From contig OZ024742.1 of NCBI GenBank assembly GCA_964016885.1, positions 371,008,001 through 371,072,000 of the forward strand: a stretch of 64,000 nucleotides of DNA, given 5' to 3'. The position numbers were made by a program, and so were the translations under genes. This document shows, one piece after another, positions 28,341 through 46,500 of the stretch (positions are counted from its first letter, which is position 1; every line of letters starts with the position of its first letter). Source of the stretch: Eledone cirrhosa (taxonomy: Eukaryota). The notes under the pieces are model-generated. The model did not search any database, was not told the DNA's origin, and saw only the letters and a list, made by a program, of their open reading frames with translations.

Positions 28341-31300
28341 ATCAAGTAATACACACATCTAGGACTACATACAACACAATCAAGTAATAAATACATCTAG
28401 GAATACATACAACACAAGCAGGTAATACATACATCTAGGACTACATACAACACACAAGGAGGTAATACATACATCTAGGACTACATACAACACACAATCA
28501 AGTAATACATACATCTAGGACTACATACAAGACAAGCAGGTAATACACACATCTAGGACAACATACAATACACAATCAAGTAATACATACATCTATGACC
28601 ACATACAACACACAAGCAGGTAATACATACATCTAGGACCACACACAACACACAAGCAGGTAATACATACATCTAGGACCACATACAACGCAAGCAGGTA
28701 ATACACACATCTAGGACCACATACAACACACAATCAAGTAATACATACATCTAGGACTACATACAACACATAAGCAGGTATTACATACATCTAGGACCAT
28801 ATACAACAAGCATGTAATACACACATCTAGGACCACATACAACACACAATCAAGTAATACATACATCTAGGACTACATACAACACAAGCAGGTAATACAT
28901 ACATCTAGGACTACATACAACACACAATCAAGTAATACATACATCTAGGATCACATACAACACAAGCAGGTAATACATACATCTAGGACCACATACAACA
29001 CACAATCAAGTAATACATACATCTAGGACTACATACAACACACAATCAAGTAATACATACATCTATGACCACATACAACACAAGCAGGGAATACATACAT
29101 CTAGGACTACATACAACACACAATCAAGTAACATATACATCTTGGACTACATACAACACAAGCAGGTAATACATACATCTAGGACTACATACAACACGCA
29201 ATCAAGTAATACACACATCTAGGACTACATACAACACAAGCAGGTAATACATACATCTAGGACTACATACAACACAAGCAGGTAATACATACATCTAGGA
29301 CTACATACAACACAAGCAGGTAATACATACATCTAGGACCACATACAACACACAATCATGTAATACACACATCTAGGACTACATACAACACAAGCACGTA
29401 ATACATACATCTAGGACTATATACAACACACAATCAAGTAATACACACATCTAGGACTACATACAACACACAATCAAGTAATACACACATCTAGGACTAC
29501 ATACAACACAATCAAGTAATAAATACATCGAGGAATACATACAACACAAGCAGGTAATACATACATCTAGGACTCCATAAAACACACAATCAAGTAATAT
29601 ATACATCTAGGACTACATACAACACAAGCAGGTAATACGTAGATCTGGGACCACATACAACATACGATCAAGTAATACATACATCTAGGACTACATACAA
29701 CAGAAGCAGGTAATACACACATGTAGGACTACATACAACACACAATCAAGTAATACATACATCTAGGACTACATACAACAGAAGCAGGTAATACACACAT
29801 GTAGGACTACATACAACACACAATCAAGTAATACATACATCTAGGACTACATACAACACAAGCAGGTAATACATACATCTAGGACGAGATACAACACACA
29901 ATCAAGTAATACATACATCTAGGACTACATACAACAGAAGCAGGTAATACACACATGTAGGACTACATACAACACACGATCAAGTAATACATACATCTAG
30001 GACTACATACAACACAAGCAGGTAATACATACATCTAGGACCACACACAACACACAATCAAGTAACACATACATCTAGGACTACATACAACACATGCAGG
30101 TAATACATACATCTAGGCACACATGCAACACACAATCAAGTAATAAATACATCTAGGACTACATACAACGCAAGCAGGTAATACATACATCTAGGACCAC
30201 ATACAACACACAATCAAGTAATAAATACATCTATGACCACATACAACACAAGCAGGTAATACACACATCTAGGACCAGATAAACACACAATCAAGTAATA
30301 CATACATCTAGGACTACATACATCACAAGCAGGTCATACACACATCTAGGACCACATACAACACACAATCAAGTAATACATACATCTAGGACTACATACA
30401 ACACAAGCAGGTAATACACACATCTAGGTTCATATACAACACACAATCAAGTAATACATACATCTAGGACCACACACAACACACAAGCAGGTAATACATA
30501 CATCTAGGACCACATACAACACAAGCAGGTAATACACACATCTAGGACTACATACAACACACAATCAAGTAATACATACATCTAGGACTACATACAAAAC
30601 AAGCAGGTAATACACACATCTAGGAAAACATACAACACACAATCAAGTAATACATACATCTATGACCACATACAACACACAAGCAGGTAATACATACATC
30701 TAGGACCACATACAACACACAAGCAGGTAATACATACATCTAGGACTACATACAACACACAATCAAGTAATACATACATCTATGACCACATACAACAAAA
30801 GCAGGTAATACACACATCTAGGACCACATACAACACACAATCAAGTAATACATACATCTAGGACCACATACAACACACAAGCAGGTAATACATACATCTA
30901 GGACCACATACAACACACAAGCAGGTAATACATACATCTAGGACTACATACAACACACAAGCAAGTAATACATACATCTAGGAACACACACAACACACAA
31001 GCAGGTAATACATACATCTAGGACTACATACAACACACAAGCAAGTAATACATACATCTAGGACCACACACAACACACAAGCAGGTAATACATACATCTA
31101 GGACCACATACAACACACAATCAAGTAATACATACATCTATGACTACATACAATGCATAAGCAGGTAATACACCCATCTAGGACCGAATACAACACATAA
31201 GCAGGTAATACATACATATAGAACCACATACAACACAAGCAGGTAATACATACATCTAGGACCACATACAACACACAATCAAGTAATACATACATCTAGG

Positions 31301-32699
31301 ACCACATACAACACAAGCAGGTAATACATACATCTATGACCACATACAACACACAAGCAGGTAATACATACATCTAGGACCACATACAACGCAAGCAGGT
31401 AATACACACATCTAGGACCACATACAACACACAATCAAGTAATACATACATCTAGGACTACATACAACACATAAGCAGGTATTACATACATCTAGGACCA
31501 TATAAAACAAGCAGGTAATACACACATCTAGGACCACATACAACACACAAGCAGGTAATACACACATCTAAGACCACATACAACACATAAGCAGGTAATA
31601 CACACATCTAGGATCACATACAACACACAATCAATAATACATACATCTAGGACTACATACAACAGAAGCAGGTAATACACACATGTAGGACTACTTACAA
31701 CACACAATCAAGTAATACATACATCTAGGACTACATACAACACAAGCAGGTAATACATACATCTAGGACTACATACAACACACAATCAAGTAATACATAC
31801 ATCTAGGACTACATACAACAGAAGCAGGTAATACAGACATGTAGGTCTACATACAACACACAATCAAGTAATACATACATCTAGGACTACATACAACAAG
31901 AGCAGGTGATACATACATCTAGGACCACACACAACACACAATCAAGTAATACATACATCTAGGACTACATACAACACAAGCAGGTAATACATACATCTAG
32001 GCACACATGCAACACACAATCAAGTAATAAATACATCTAGGACTACATACAACACAAGCAGGTAATACATACATCTAGGACCACATACAACACACAATCA
32101 AGAAATAAATACATCTATGACCACATACAACACAAGCAGGTAATACACACATCTAGGACCAGATAAACACACAATCAAGTAATACATACATCTAGGACTA
32201 CATACAACACAAGCAGGTCATACACACATCTAGGACCACATACAACACACAATCAAGTAATACATACATCTAGGACTACATACAACACAAGCAGGTAATA
32301 CATACATCTAGGTTCATATACAACACACAATCAAGTAATACATACATCTAGGACCACACACAACACACAAGCAGGTAATACATACATCTAGGACCACATA
32401 CAACACAAGGAGGTAATACACACATCTAGGACTACATACAACACACAATCAAGTAATACACACATCTAGGACTACATACAAGACAAGCAGGTAATACACA
32501 CATCTAGGACAACATACAACACACAATCAAGTAATACATACATCTATGACCACATACAACACACAAGCAGGTAATACATACATCTAGGACTACATGCAAC
32601 ACACAATCAAGTAATAAATAGATCTAGGACTACATACAACACAAGCGGGTAATACATACATCTAGGACCACATACAACACGCAATCAAGTAATACATAC

Positions 32700-34520
32700 A
32701 TCTAGGACTACATACAACACAAGCGGGTAATACACACATCTAGGACCACATACAACACACAATCAAGTAATACATACATCTATGACTACATACAATGCAT
32801 AAGCAGGTAATGCACCCATCTAGGACCGAATACAACAGATAAGCAGGTAATACATACATATAGAACCACATACAACACAAGCAGGTAATACATACATCTA
32901 GGACCACATACAACACACAATCAAGTAATACATACATCTAGGACCACATACAACACAAGCAGGTAATACACACATCTAGGACTACATACAACACAAAATC
33001 AAGTAATACATACATCTAGGACTACATACAACACAAGCAGGTAATACATACATCTAGGACTACATACAACACACAATCAAGTAATACATACATCTAGGAC
33101 TACATACAACACAAGCAGGTAATACATACATCTAGGACTACATACAACACACAAGCAAGTAATACATACATCTAGGACCACACACAACACACAAGCAGGT
33201 AATGCATACATCTAGGACCACATACAACACACAATCAAGTAAAACATACATCTATGACTACATACAATGCATAAGCAGGTAATGCACCCATCTAGGACCG
33301 AATACAACACATAAGCAGGTAATACATACATATAGAACCACATACAACACAAGCAGGTAATACATACATCTAGGACCACATACAACACACAATCAAGTAA
33401 TACATACATCTAGGACCACATACAACACAAGCAGGTAATACATACATCTATGACCACATACAACACACAAGCAGGTAATACATACATCTAGGACAACATA
33501 CAACTCAAGCAGATAATACACACATCTAGGACCACATACAACACACAATCAAGTAATACATACATCTAGGACTACATACAACACATAAGCAGGTATTACA
33601 TACATCTAGGACCATATAAAACAAGCAGGTAATACACACATCTATGACCACATACAACACACAAGCAGGTAATACATACATCTAGGACTACATGCAACAC
33701 ACAATCAAGTAATAAATAGATCTAGGACTACATACAACACAAGCGGGTAATACACACATCTAGGACCACATACAACACACAATCAAGTAATACATACATC
33801 TATGACTACATACAATGCATAAGCAGGTAATGCACCCATCTAGGACCGAATACAACACATAAGCAGGTAATACATACATATAGAACCACATACAAGACAA
33901 GCAGGTAATACATACATCTAGGACCACATACAACACACAATCAAGTAATACATACATCTAGGACCACATACAACACAAGCAGGTAATACACACATCTAGG
34001 ACTACATACAACACAAAATCAAGTAATACATACATCTAGGACTACATACAACACAAGCAGGTAATACATACATCTAGGACCACATACAACACACAATCAA
34101 GTAATACATACATCTAGGACTACATACAACACAAGCAGGTAATACATACATCTAGGACTACATACAACACACAAGCAAGTAATACATACATCTAGGACCA
34201 CACACAACACACAAGCAGGTAATACATATATCTAGGACCACATACAACACACAATCAAGTAATACATACATCTATGACTACATACAATGCATAAGCAGGT
34301 AATGCACCCATCTAGGACCGAATACAACACATAAGCAGGTAATACATACATATAGAACCACATACAACACAAGCAGGTAATACATACATCTAGGACCACA
34401 TACAACACACAATCAAGTAATACATACATCTAGGACCACATACAACACAAGCAGGTAATACATACATCTATGACCACATACAACACACAAGCAGGTAATA
34501 CATACATCTAGGACCACATA
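32700..34520 (+). repeat. 1020-bp duplication with internal 472-bp sub-period
   Basis: TGCACCCATC variant at 32811, 33283, 33831, 34303; ORF calls at 32740, 33212, 33760, 34232. Confidence 0.85.
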
Positions 34521-37500
34521 CAATGCAAGCAGGTAATACATACATCTATGACCACATACAACACACAAGCAGGTAATACATACATCTATGACCACATACA
34601 ACACACAAGCAGGTAATACACACATCTAGGACCACATACAACACACAATCAAGTAATACATACATCTAGGACTACATACAAGACAAGCAGGTAATACACA
34701 CATCTAGGACAACATACAACAAACAATCAAGTAATACATACATCTATGACCACATACAACACACAAGCAGGTAATACATACATCTAGGACCACATGCAAC
34801 ACACAATCAAGTAATAAATAGATGTAGGACTACATACAACACAAGCGGGTAATACATACATCTAGGACCACATACAACACGCAATCAAGTAATACATACA
34901 TCTAGGACTACATACAACACAAGCAGGTAATACACACATCTAGGACCACATACAACACACAATCAAGTAATACATACATCTAGGACTACATACAACACAA
35001 GCAGGTAATACACACATCTAGGACCACATACAACAGAAAACCAAGTAATACATACATCTAGGACTACATACGACACAAGCAGGTAATACACTCATCTAGG
35101 ACTACATACAACACACAGTCAAGTAAAACATACATCTAGGACTACATACAACACAAGCAGGTAATACACACATCTAGGACTACATACAACACAAAATCAA
35201 GTAATACATACATCTAGGACTACATACAACACAAGCAGGTAATACATACATCTAGGACCACATACAACACACAATCAAGTCATACATACATCTAGGACTA
35301 CATACGAGACAAGCAGGTAATACATACATCTAGGACTACATACAACACACAATCAAGTAATACATACATCTAGGATCACATACAACACAAGCAGGTAATA
35401 CATACATCTAGGACCACATACAACACACAATCAAGTAATAAATACATCTATGACCACATACAACACAAGCAGGTAATACATACATCTAGGACCACATACA
35501 ACACACAATCAAGTAATACATACATCTAGGACTAAGTACAACACACAATCAAGTAATATATACATCTTGGACTACATACAACACAAGCAGGTAATACATA
35601 CATCTAGGACTACATACAACACGCAATCAAGTAATACACACATCTAGGACTACATACAACACAAGCAGGTAATACATACATCTAGGACTACATACAACAC
35701 AAGCAGGTAATACATACATCTAGGACTACGTACAACACAAGCAGGTAATACATACATCTAGGACCACATACAACACACAATCAAGTAATACACACATCTA
35801 GGACTACATACAACACACAATCAAGTAATACACACATCTAGGACTACATACAACACAAGCAGGTAATACATACATCTAGGTTCATATACAACACACAATC
35901 AAGTAATACATACATCTAGGACCACACACAACACACAAGCAGGTAATACATACATCTAGGACCACATACAACACACAATCAAGTAATACATACATCTAGG
36001 ACTACATACAACAGAAGCAGGTAATACACACATCTAGGACCACATACAACACACAATCAAGTAATACATACATCTAGGACTACATACAACACAAGCAGGT
36101 AATACATACATCTAGGTTCATATACAACACACAATCAAGTAATACATACATCTAGGACCACATACAACACACAATCAAGTAATACATACATCTATGACCA
36201 CATACAACACACAAGCAGGTAATACATACATCTAGGACCACATACAACACACAAGCAGGTAATACATACATCTAGGACTACGTACAACACAAGCAGGTAA
36301 TACATACATCTAGGACTACATACAACACACAATCAAGTAATACATACATCTATGACCACATACAACACAAGCAGGTAATACACACATCTAGGACCACATA
36401 CAACACACAATCAAGTAATACATACATCTAGGACTACATACAACAGAAGCAGGTAATACACACATCTAGGACCACATACAACACACAATCAAGTAATACA
36501 TACATCTAGGACAACATACAACACACAATCAAGTAATACATACATCTATGACCACATACAACACACAAGCAGGTAATACATACATCTAGGACCACATACA
36601 ACACACAAGCAGGTAATACACACATCTAGGACTACATACAACACAAAATCAAGTGATACATACATCTAGGACTACATACAACACAAGCAGGTAATACATA
36701 CATCTAGGACTACATACAACACACAATCAAGTAATACATACATCTAGGATCACATACAACACAAGCAGGTAATACATACATCTAGGACCACATACAACAC
36801 ACAATCAAGTAATAAATACATCTATGACCACATACAACACAAGCAGGTAATACATACATCTAGGACCACATACAACACACAATCAAGTAATACATACATC
36901 TAGGACTACATACAACACACAATTAAGTAATACATACATCTATGACCACATACAACACAAGCAGGGAATACATACATCTAGGAATACATACAACACACAA
37001 TCAAGTAATATATACATCTTGGACTACATACAACACAAGCAGGTAATACATACATCTAGGACTACATACAACACGCAATCAAGTAATACACACATCTAGG
37101 ACTACATACAACACAAGCAGGTAATACATACATCTAGGACTACATACAACACAAGCAGGTAATACATACATCTAGGACTACATACAACACAAGCAGGTAA
37201 TACATACATCTAGGACCACATACAACACACAATCATGTAATACACACATCTAGGACTACATACAACATAAGCACGTAATACATACATCTAGGACTACATA
37301 CAACACACAATCAAGTAATACACACATCTAGGACTACATACAACACACAATCAAGTAATACACACATCTAGGACTACATACAACACAATCAAGTAATAAA
37401 TACATCTAGGACTACATACAACACAAGCAGGTAATACATACATCTAGGACTCCATAAAACACACAATCAAGTAATATATACATCTAGGACTACATACAAC

Positions 37501-40500
37501 ACAAGCAGGTAATACATAGATCTAGGACCACATACAACACACAAGCAAGTAATACATACATATAGGACTACATACAACACACAAACAGGTAATACATACA
37601 TCTAGGACTACATACAACACACAAGCAAGTAATACATACATCTAGGAACACACAACACACAAGCATGTAATACATACATCTAGGACTACATACAACACAC
37701 AAGCAAGTAATACATACATCTAGAACCACACACAACACACAAGCAGGTAATACATACATCTAGGACCACACACAACACACAAGCAGGTAATACATACATC
37801 TAGGACCACATACAACACACAATCAAGTAATACATACATCTATGACTACATACAATACATAAGCAGGTAATACACACATCTAGGACCGAATACAACACAT
37901 AAGCAGGTAATACATACATATAGAACCACATACAACACAAGCAGGTAATACATACATCTAGGACCACATACAACACATAATCAAGTAATACATACATCTA
38001 GGACCACATACAACACAAGCAGGTAATACATACATCTATGACCACATACAACACACAAGCAGGTAATACATACATCTAGGACCACATACAACGCAAGCAG
38101 GTAATACACACATCTAGGACCACATACAACACACAATCAAGTAATACATACATCTAGGACTACATACAACACATAAGCAGGTATTACATACATCTAGGAC
38201 CATATACAACAAGCAGGTAATACACACATCTAGGACCACATACAACACACAAGCAGGTAATACACACATCTAAGACCAAATACAACACATAAGCAGGTAA
38301 TACACACATCTAGGATCACATACAACACACAATCAAGTAATACATACATCTAGGAATACATACAACAGAAGCAGGTAATACACACATGTAGGACTACATA
38401 CAACACACAATCAAGTAATACATTCATCTAGGACCACATACAACACAAGCAGGTAATACATACATCTAGGACTACATACAACACACAATCAAGTAATACA
38501 TACATCTAGGACTACATACAACAGAAGCAGGTAATACACACATGTAGGACTACATACAACACACAATCAAGTAATATGTACATCTAGGACTACATACAAC
38601 ACAAGCAGGTAATACATACATCTAGGACTACATACAACACACAATCAAGTAATACATACATCTAGGACTACATACAACAGAAGCAGGTAATACACACATG
38701 TAGGACTACATACAACACACAATCAAGTAATACATACATCTAGGACTACATACAACACAAGCAGGTAATACATACATCTAGGACCACACACAACACACAA
38801 TCAAGTAATACATACATCTAGGACTACATACAACACAAGCAGGTAATACATACATCTAGGCACACATGCAACACACAATCAAGTAATAAATACATCTAGG
38901 ACTACATACAACACAAGCAGGTAATACATACATCTAGGACCACATACAACACACAATCAAGTAATAAATACATCTATGACCACATACAACACAAGAAGGT
39001 AATACACACATCTAGGACCAGATAAACACACAATCAAGTAATACATACATCTAGGACTACATACAACACAAGCATGTTATACACACATCTAGGACCATAT
39101 ACAACACACAATTAAGTAATACATACATCTAGGACTACATACAATACAAGCAGGTAATACATACATCTAGGTTCATATGCAACACACAATCAAGTAATAC
39201 ATACATCTAGGACCACACACAACACACAAGCAGGTAATACATACATCTAGGACCACATACAACACAAGCAGGTAATACACACATCTAGGACTACATACAA
39301 CACACAATCAAGTAATACATACATCTAGGACTACATACAAAACAAGCAGGTAATACACACATCTAGGACAACATACAACACACAATCAAGTAATACATAC
39401 ATCTATGACCACATACAACACACAAGCAGGTAATACATACATCTAGGACCACATACAACACACAAGCAGGTAATACATACATCTAGGACTACATACAACA
39501 CACAATCAAGTAATACATACATCTATGACCACATACAACACAAGCAGGCAATACACACATCTAGGACCACATACAACACACAATCAAGTAATACATACAT
39601 CTAGGACCACATACAACACACAAGCAGGTAATACATACATCTAGGACCACATGCAACACACAATCAAGTAATAAATAGATCTAGGACTACATACAACACA
39701 AGCGGGTAATACATACATCTAGGACCACATACAACACACAATCAAGTAATACATACATCTAGGACTACATACAACACAAGCAGGTAATACATACATCTAG
39801 GACCACATACAACACGCAATCAAGTAATACATACATGTAGGACTACATACAACACAAACAGGTAATACACACATCTAGGACCACATACAACACACAATCA
39901 AGTAATACATACATCTAGGACTACATACAACACAAGCAGGTAATACACACATCTAGGACCACATACAACAGACAACCAAGTAATACATACATCTAGGACT
40001 ACATACGACACAAGCAGGTAATACACTCATCTAGGACTACATACAACACACAGTCAAGTAATACATACATCTAGGACTACATACAACACAAGCAGGTAAT
40101 ACACACATCTAGGACTACATACAACACAAAATCAAGTAATGCATACATCTAGGACTACATACAACACAAGCAGGTAATACATACATCTAGGACCACATAC
40201 AACACACAATCAAGTAATACATACATCTAGGACTACATACAACACAAGCAGGTAATACATACATCTAGGACTACATACAGCACACAATCAAGTAATACAT
40301 ACAACTAGGATCACATACAACACAAGCAGGTAATACATACATCTAGGACCACATACAACACACAATCAAGTAATAAATACATCTATGACCACATACAACA
40401 CAAGCAGGTAATACATACATCTAGGACCACATACAACACACAATCAAGTAATACATACATCTATGACCACATACAACTCAAGCAGGGAATACATACATCT

Positions 40501-43500
40501 AGGACTACATACAACACACAATCAAGTAATATATACATCTTGGACTACATACAACACAAGCAGGTAATACATACATCTAGGACTACATACAAAACAAGCA
40601 GGTAATACATACATCTAGGACTACATACAACACAAGCAGGTAATACATACATCTAGGACCACATACAACACACAATCAAGTAATACACACATCTAGGACT
40701 ACATACAACACACAATCAAGTAATACACACATCTAGGACTACATACAACACAATCAAGTAATAAATACATCTAGGACTACATACAACACAAGCAGGTAAT
40801 AAATACATCTAGGACTCCATAAAACACACAATCAAGTAACATATACATCTAGGACTACATACAACACAAGCAGGTAATACATAGATCTAGGACCACATAC
40901 AACCCACAAGCAAGTAATACATACATCTAGGACTACATACAACACACAAGCAAGTAATACATACATCTAGGAACACACACAACACACAAGCAGGTAATAC
41001 ATACATCTAGGACTACATACAACACACAAGCAAGTAATACATACATCTAGGACCACACACAACACACAAGCAGGTAATCCATACATCTAGGACCACATAC
41101 AACACCCAATCAAGTAATACATACATCTATGACTACATACAATACATAAGCAGCTAATACACACATCTAGGACCGAATACAACACATAAGCAGGTAATAC
41201 ATACATCTAGGACTACATACAACACACAAGCAGGTAATACATACATCTAGGACCACATACAACACACAATCAAGTAATACATACATCTATGACCACACAC
41301 AACACACAAGAAGGTAATACATACATCTAGGACCACATACAACACACAATCAAGTAATACATACATCTATGACTACATACAATACATAAGCAGGTAATAC
41401 ACACATCTAGGACCATATACAACAAGCAGGTAATACACACATCTAGGACCACATACAACACACAAGCAGGTAATACACACATCTAAGACCACATACAACA
41501 CATAAGCAGGTAATACACACATCTAGGATCACATACAACACACAATCAAGTAATACATACATCTAGGAATACATACAACAGAAGCAGGTAATACACACAT
41601 GTAGGACTACATACAACACACAATCAAGTAATACATTCATCTAGGACCACATACAACACAAGCAGGTAATACATACATCTAGGACTAAATACAACACACA
41701 ATCAAGTAATACATACATCTAGGACTACATACAACAGAAGCAGGTAATACACACATGTAGGACTACATACAACACACAATCAAGTAATACGTACATCTAG
41801 GACTACATACAACACAAGCAGGTAATACATACATCTAGGACTACATACAACACACAATCAAGTAATACATACATCTAGGACTACATACAACAGAAGCAGG
41901 TAATACACACAAGTAGGACTACATACAACACACAATCAAATAATACATACATCTAGGACTACATACAACACAAGCAGGTAATACATACATCTAGGACCAC
42001 ATACAACACACAATCAAGTAATAAATACATCTATGACCACATACAACACAAGCAGGTAATACACACATCTAGGACCAGATAAACACACAATCAAGTAATA
42101 CATACATCTAGGACTACATACAACACAAGCATGTTAGACACACATCTAGGACCACATACAACACACAATTAAGTAATACATACATCTAGGACTACATACA
42201 ATACAAGCAGGTAATACATACATCTAGGTTCATATGCAACACACAATCAAGTAATACATACATCTAGGACCACACACAACACACAAGCAGGTAATACATA
42301 CATCTAGGACCACATACAACACAAGCAGGTAATACACACATCTAGGACTACATACAAAACAAGCAGGTAATACACACATCTAGGACAACATACAACACAC
42401 AATCAAGTAATACATACATCTATGACCACATACAACACACAAGCAGGTAATACATACATCTAGGACCACATACAACACACAAGCAGGTAATACATACATC
42501 TAGGATTACATACAACACACAATCAAGTAATACATACATCTATGACCACATACAACACAAGCAGGCAATACACACATCTAGGACCGCATACAACACACAA
42601 TCAAGTAATACATACATCTAGGACCACATACAACACACAAGCAGGTAATACATACATCTAGGACCACATACAACACACAAGCAGGTAATACATACATCTA
42701 GGACTACATACAACACACAATCAAGTAATAAATACATCTAGGACTACATACAACACAAGCAGGTAATACATACATCTAGGACTACATACAATACAAGCAG
42801 GTAATACATACATCTAGGACCACATACAACACACAATCAAGTAATACATACATCTAGGACTACATACAACAGAAGCAGGTAATACACACATCTAGGACCA
42901 CATACAACACACAATCAAGTAATACATACATCTAGGACCACATACAACACACAATCAAGTAATACATACATCTAGGACCACATACAACACACAAGCAGGT
43001 AATACATACATCTAGGACCACATACAAGACACAAGCAGGTAATACATACATCTAGGACTACATACAACACAAGCAGGTAATACATACATCTAGGACTACA
43101 TACAACCCACAATCAAGTAATACATACATCTATGACCACATACAACACAAGCAGGTAATACACACATCTAGGACCACATACAACACACAATCAAGTAATA
43201 CATACATCTAGGACTACATACAACAGAAGCAGGTAATACACACATCTAGGACCACATACAACACACAATCAAGTAATACATACATCTAGGACCACATACA
43301 AACACAATCAAGTAATACATACATCTATGACCACATACAACACACAAGCAGGCAATACATACATCTAGGACCACATACAACACACAAGCAGGTAATACAT
43401 ACATCTAGGACTACATACAACACACAATCAAGTAATACATACATCTAGGACTACATACAACACAAGCAGGTAATACATACATCTAGGACTACATACAACA

Positions 43501-46500
43501 CACAATCAAGTAATACATACATCTAGGACTACATACAACACAAACAGGTAATACATACATCTAGGACTACATACAACACAAGCAGGTAATACATACATCT
43601 AGGACCACATACAACACACAATCAAGAAATAAATACATCTATGACTACATACAACACAAGCAAGTAATATACACATCTAGGACCACATACAACACACAAT
43701 CAAGTAATACATACATCTAGGACTACATACAACACAAGCAAGTAATACATACATCTATGACCACATACAACACAAGCAGGTAATACATACATCTAGGACC
43801 ACATACAACACACAATCAAGTAATACATACATCTAGGACTACATACAACACAAGCAGGTAATACTTACATCTAGGTTCATATACAACACACAATCAAGTA
43901 ATACATACATCTATGACCACATACAACAGAAGCAGGTAATACACACATCTAGGACCACATACAACACACAAGCAGGTAATACATACATCTAGGACCACAT
44001 GCAACACACAAGCAGGTAATACATACATCTAGGACCACATACAACACACAAGCAGGTAATACATACATCTAGGACTACATACAACACAAGCAGGTAATAC
44101 ATACATCTAGGACCACATACAACACACAATCAAGTAATACATACATCTAGGACCACATACAACACACAATCAAGTAATACATACATCTATGACCACATAC
44201 AACACACAAGCAGGTAATACATACATCTAGGACCACATACAACACACAAGCAGGTAATACATACATCTAGGACTACATACAACACAAGCAGGTAATACAT
44301 ACATCTAGGACTACATACAACACACAATCAAGTAATACATACATCTATGACCACATACAACACAAGCAGGTAATACACACATCTAGGACCACATACAACA
44401 CACAATCAAGTAATACATACATCTAGGACTACATACAACAGAAGCAGGTAATACACACATCTAGGACCACATACAACACACAATCAAGTAATACATACAT
44501 CTAGGACCACATACAACACACAATCAAGTAATACATACATCCATGACCACATACAACACACAAGCAGATAATACATACATCTAGGACCACATACAACACA
44601 CAAGCAGGTAATACATACATCTAGGACTACATACAACACAAGCTGGTAATACATACATCTTGGACTACATACAACACACAATCAAGTAATACATACATCT
44701 AGGACTACATACAACACAAGCAGGTAATACATACATCTAGGACTACATACAACACACAATCAAGTAATACATACATCTAGGACTACATACAACACAAGCA
44801 GGTAATACATACATCTAGGACTACATACAACACAAGCAGGTAATACATACATCTAGGACCACATACAACACACAATCAAGTAATAAATACATCTATGACT
44901 ACATACAACACAAGCAAGTAATATACACATCTAGGACCACATACAACACACAATCAAGTAATACATACATCTAGGACTACATACAACACAAGCAGGTAAT
45001 ACATACATCTAGGACCACATACAACACACAATCAAGTAATACATACATCTAGGACTATATACAACACAAGCAGGTAATACATACATCTAGGAGCACATGC
45101 AACACACAATCAAGTAATAAATAGATCTAGGACTACATACAACACAAGCGGGTAATACACATATCTAGGACCACATACAACACACAATCAAGTAATACAT
45201 ACATCTAGGACTACATACAACACAAGCAGGTTATACATACATCTAGGACCACATACAACACGCAATCAAGTAATACATACATCTAGGACTACATACAACA
45301 CAAGCAGGTAATACACATATCTAGGACCACATACAACACACAATCAAGTAATACATACATCTAGGACTACATACAACACAAGCAGGTAATACACACATCT
45401 AGGACCACATACAACACACAATCAAGTAATACATACATCTAGGACTACATACGACACAAGCAGGTAATACACTCATCTAGGACTACATACAACACACAAT
45501 CAAGTAATACATACATCTAGGACTACATACAACACAAGCAGGTAATACACACATCTAGGACTACATACAACACAAAATCAAGTTATACATACATCTAGGA
45601 CTACATACAAAACAAGCAGGTAATACATACATCTAGGACCACATACAACACACAATCAAGTAATACATACATCTAGGACTACATACAACACAAGCAGGTA
45701 ATACATACATCTAGGACTACATACAACACACAATCAAGTAATACATACATCTAGGATCACATACAACACAAGCAGGTAATACATACATCTAGGACCACAT
45801 ACAACACACAATCAAGTAATAAATACATCTATGACCACATACAACACAAGCAGGTAATAAATACATCTAGGACTGCATACAACACACGATCAAGTAATAA
45901 ATACATCTAGGACTACATACAACACAAGCAGGTAATACACACATCTAGGACTACATACAACACAAAATCAAGTAATACATACATCTAGGACTACATACAA
46001 CACACAATCAAGTAATACATACATCTATGACCACATACAACACAAGCAGGTAATACATACATCTAGGACTACATACAACACACAATCAAGTAATAAATAC
46101 ATCTAGGACTACATACAACACATGCAGGTAATAAATACATCTAGGACTACATACAACAGACAATCAAGTAATAAATACATCTAGGACTACATACAACACA
46201 AGCAGGTAATAAATACATCTAGGACTGCATACAACACACGATCAAGTAATAAATACATCTAGGACTACATACAACACAAGCAGGTAATATATACATCTAG
46301 GACTACATACAACACACAATCAAGTAATACATACATCTAGGACCACATACAACACACAATCAAGTAATAAAAACATCTAGGATCACATACAACACAAGCA
46401 GGTAATACATACATCTAGGACCACATACAACACACAATCAAGTAATACATTCATCTAGGACTACATACAACACAGGCAGGTAATACATACATCTAGGACC

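Noticed and set aside
3884-44681. Cys/Val/Tyr-rich 63-75-aa minus-strand ORFs
   Set aside because: They are translations of the satellite where variants remove a stop; they recur with the block duplications.
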